Part shown: one piece after another, positions 63,001 to 64,000 of the stretch | Layout of the letters: each line of letters starts with the position of its first letter | Numbering within the stretch: position 1 is the first letter of the stretch | NCBI GenBank assembly: GCA_934122155.1 | Contig: CAKOVX010000006.1 | Location: 23-64,022, forward strand | Direction of reading: 5' to 3' | DNA length: 64,000 bases | DNA from: an uncultured Clostridia bacterium | Lineage (GTDB): Bacteria > Bacillota > Clostridia > TANB77 > CAG-508 | Position numbers and translations under genes: made by a program | Notes under the pieces: model-generated | Database searches by the model: none | What the model saw: the letters and a program-made list of their open reading frames with translations, nothing else | Told to the model about the DNA's origin: nothing

Positions 63001-64000
63001 ATGTTTCAATAAATGAACCACAACCAGAAGAACAAGCTTCATTTAGCATAATATTATCAATTGCGCCATTTTTCATACGAATATATTTCATATCTTGACC
63101 ACCAATATCTACTATGCTAGTAACATTAGGCATAAATTGTTTTGCTGCTGTATAATGTGCTATTGTTTCAATTTCATTTAGATCAACATTTAATGCAGTT
63201 TGTATAAGTTTTTCGCCATAACCTGTAACACCACTATAACGAATTATAGCTTTTTCAGGCTTTTCTGCATATAATTTTTTAAGCATTTGAATAACACTTT
63301 GTAAAGGATTTCCTTCATTGCTTCCATATAATGAATAAAGAAGGGTTCCTTCACTGTCAATTACAGTTAATTTTGTTGTTGTAGAACCTGCATCTATACC
63401 TACGAAACAGTCACCTTCATAAGTTTCTAGATCACCTTTTTTTACAGTTTCTTTATCGTGTCTTTCTTTAAATTCTTTGTATTCTTCATCAATAGAAAAC
63501 AAAGGTGAAAGTGGGTGAGAGGTGTCATCATGTGAATTTTTTAACATCTCTATTTTGCTCTTTAATTTTTGTGACGTAATTACATGAGAGGAATTAGCAG
63601 AATCTAATGCAGCACCTTTTGCAACTAAAAGATGAGCTTCTTCAGGAATAATAATTGCATCACCTTCTAGTTTTAATGTTTCAATAAAACGATTGCGAAG
63701 TTCTGATAGGTAATTTAATGGGCCACCTAAGAATGCAACATTTCCACGAATTGGTCTTCCACAAGCTAAACCACTAATTGTTTGATTAACAACAGCTTGA
63801 AAAATTGATGCGGCAATATCTTCTTTTGCAGCTCCTTCATTTAATAAAGGTTGAACATCAGTCTTTGCAAAAACACCACAACGTGAAGCTATTGGATATA
63901 TCATTTTATGATTTTTTGCTAATTCATTTAAACCAGTTGGATCTGTATGTAAAAGAGATGCCATCTGGTCTATAAATGCACCTGTACCACCAGCGCAAGT
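60047..64000 (-). CDS. large CoA-substrate-specific enzyme activase (BadF/BadG/BcrA/BcrD ATPase) fused to 2-hydroxyacyl-CoA dehydratase-like domains; N-terminus lies beyond the window end
   Basis: Over 1300 aa open frame running to the window edge; sugar-kinase/activase ATPase motifs 'VGIDAGSTTTK'; Cys-rich 'CNGCENHC'; HgdB-like C-terminal region. Confidence 0.75.
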   Translation of the reverse strand, partial: TCAGGTGAFIDQMASLLHTDPTGLNELAKNHKMIYPIASRCGVFAKTDVQPLLNEGAAKEDIAASIFQAVVNQTISGLACGRPIRGNVAFLGGPLNYLSELRNRFIETLKLEGDAIIIPEEAHLLVAKGAALDSANSSHVITSQKLKSKIEMLKNSHDDTSHPLSPLFSIDEEYKEFKERHDKETVKKGDLETYEGDCFVGIDAGSTTTKLTVIDSEGTLLYSLYGSNEGNPLQSVIQMLKKLYAEKPEKAIIRYSGVTGYGEKLIQTALNVDLNEIETIAHYTAAKQFMPNVTSIVDIGGQDMKYIRMKNGAIDNIMLNEACSSGCGSFIETFAKSLNLSIEEFVNSALEARRPVDLGSRCTVFMNSKIKQAQKEGYSVGDISAGLSYSVIKNAIQKVMKVRDVKTLGAHIVVQGGTFYNDAVLRAFELLVGRNVVRPDIAGLMGAYGVALLAKEQYEANLDMEYVSTLSKPEDLDKLKIDISHVRCNGCENHCLLTINKFSNGSRYISGNRCEKGAGNVGEHKDLPNVMKYKYERIFGYTPLDEKDAPRGTIGIPRVLNMYEDYPFWFTFLTNLGFRVVLSEKSNRKTYEKGMESMPSESVCFPAKLSHGHIIGLIKQGIKTIFYPCMPYSRKEYEKADNHYNCPIVISYSEVLKNNVEELKENNIKFLNPFLPFDCKKLAETIMELPEFAEYNFTKKELLAAAKKAEEEYQKFKQDIRDKGEETLEYMNKNNLKGIVLAGRPYHVDPEVNHGIDTLITSLGLCVLTEDSICNQTEVKRPIRVVDQWVFHARLYAAADFVGKHDNLELVQLNSFGCGVDAVTTDQVEEILNSFGKMYTLIKIDEINNLGAVRIRIRSLLASMKKREQNKELEKGSGNYEQVKKIFDKDMKKDYTILIPQMAPIHFELLEAAVASCGYKVELLRNCTQHTVETGLKYVNNDACYPSILTTGQMIEALESGKYDLNKTALIMSQTGGGCRATNYIGFIRKALKDAGFANVPVISFNVVGMEKMPGFKITIPMIERMIKCVVYADLLQKMLTKNRAYEIHKGETQKLFDEWMEKCKTLVVKSTMKEFKQSIYDIVNDFEKIELDTSIEKPKVGIVGEVLIKYHPFGNNFVADKLEEEGAEVILPDFMGFVKFIATHKITFNQLIKTDKMKAKLFRAAIKLIDILEKDSVIALKNSKKGYLLPCDIFELETKVKDILSIGNQTGEGWFLTAEMVEYIEHGIPNIVCVQPFACLPNHVVGKGVIKTIRDKYPDANIAPVDYDPGASEANQTNRIKLLMTVAKDNLKRQQKEKLAIEKENEKKETANVSSI

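Overview
Low-GC (about 27-30 %) Firmicutes/Clostridia chromosome window spanning the replication origin. On the minus strand the order is dnaA, dnaN, recF, gyrB, gyrA. On the plus strand, diverging from the origin, it is rpmH, rnpA, yidD, yidC, jag, mnmE, mnmG, rsmG, parA, parB. DnaA-box clusters lie upstream of dnaA and between dnaA and dnaN.

The left 30 kb holds housekeeping and accessory genes:
- The 3' end of a tyrosine integrase, a GIY-YIG nuclease, and a secreted EndA-like nuclease preceded by a gene of unknown function.
- M14 and M18 peptidases, YhbY, a FAD/Rieske oxidoreductase and HtrA.
- A single-module NRPS (C-A-T-R, terminal reductase) whose stop overlaps the start of a multi-TM sensor histidine kinase. 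It is followed by a REC-HD-GYP response regulator, an MGDG-synthase-type glycosyltransferase and a PlsC acyltransferase.
- Tex, an ABC-F ATPase, CorA, RsmA, VanW, a LexA-like XRE/S24 repressor, FabG, and seven tRNAs in total across the window (Arg, Lys-CTT, a Thr-Glu-Lys cluster, two Ser).

Two very AT-rich islands flank gyrA and carry a conjugative type IV secretion-like gene set. Island 1 has a T4CP, a VirB2-like pilin, VirB6-like and VirB3-like proteins, plus DnaD/DnaC-like replication genes. Island 2 has a VirB4-like ATPase, a TadZ/ParA-like ATPase and two unknowns.

Three of these island genes have perfect Shine-Dalgarno sequences but no ATG/GTG/TTG start. They either begin at ATT/ATA or are decayed. 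mnmE, rsmG and the T4CP gene each carry an apparent 1-nt insertion frameshift. No CRISPR array and no rRNA were seen.
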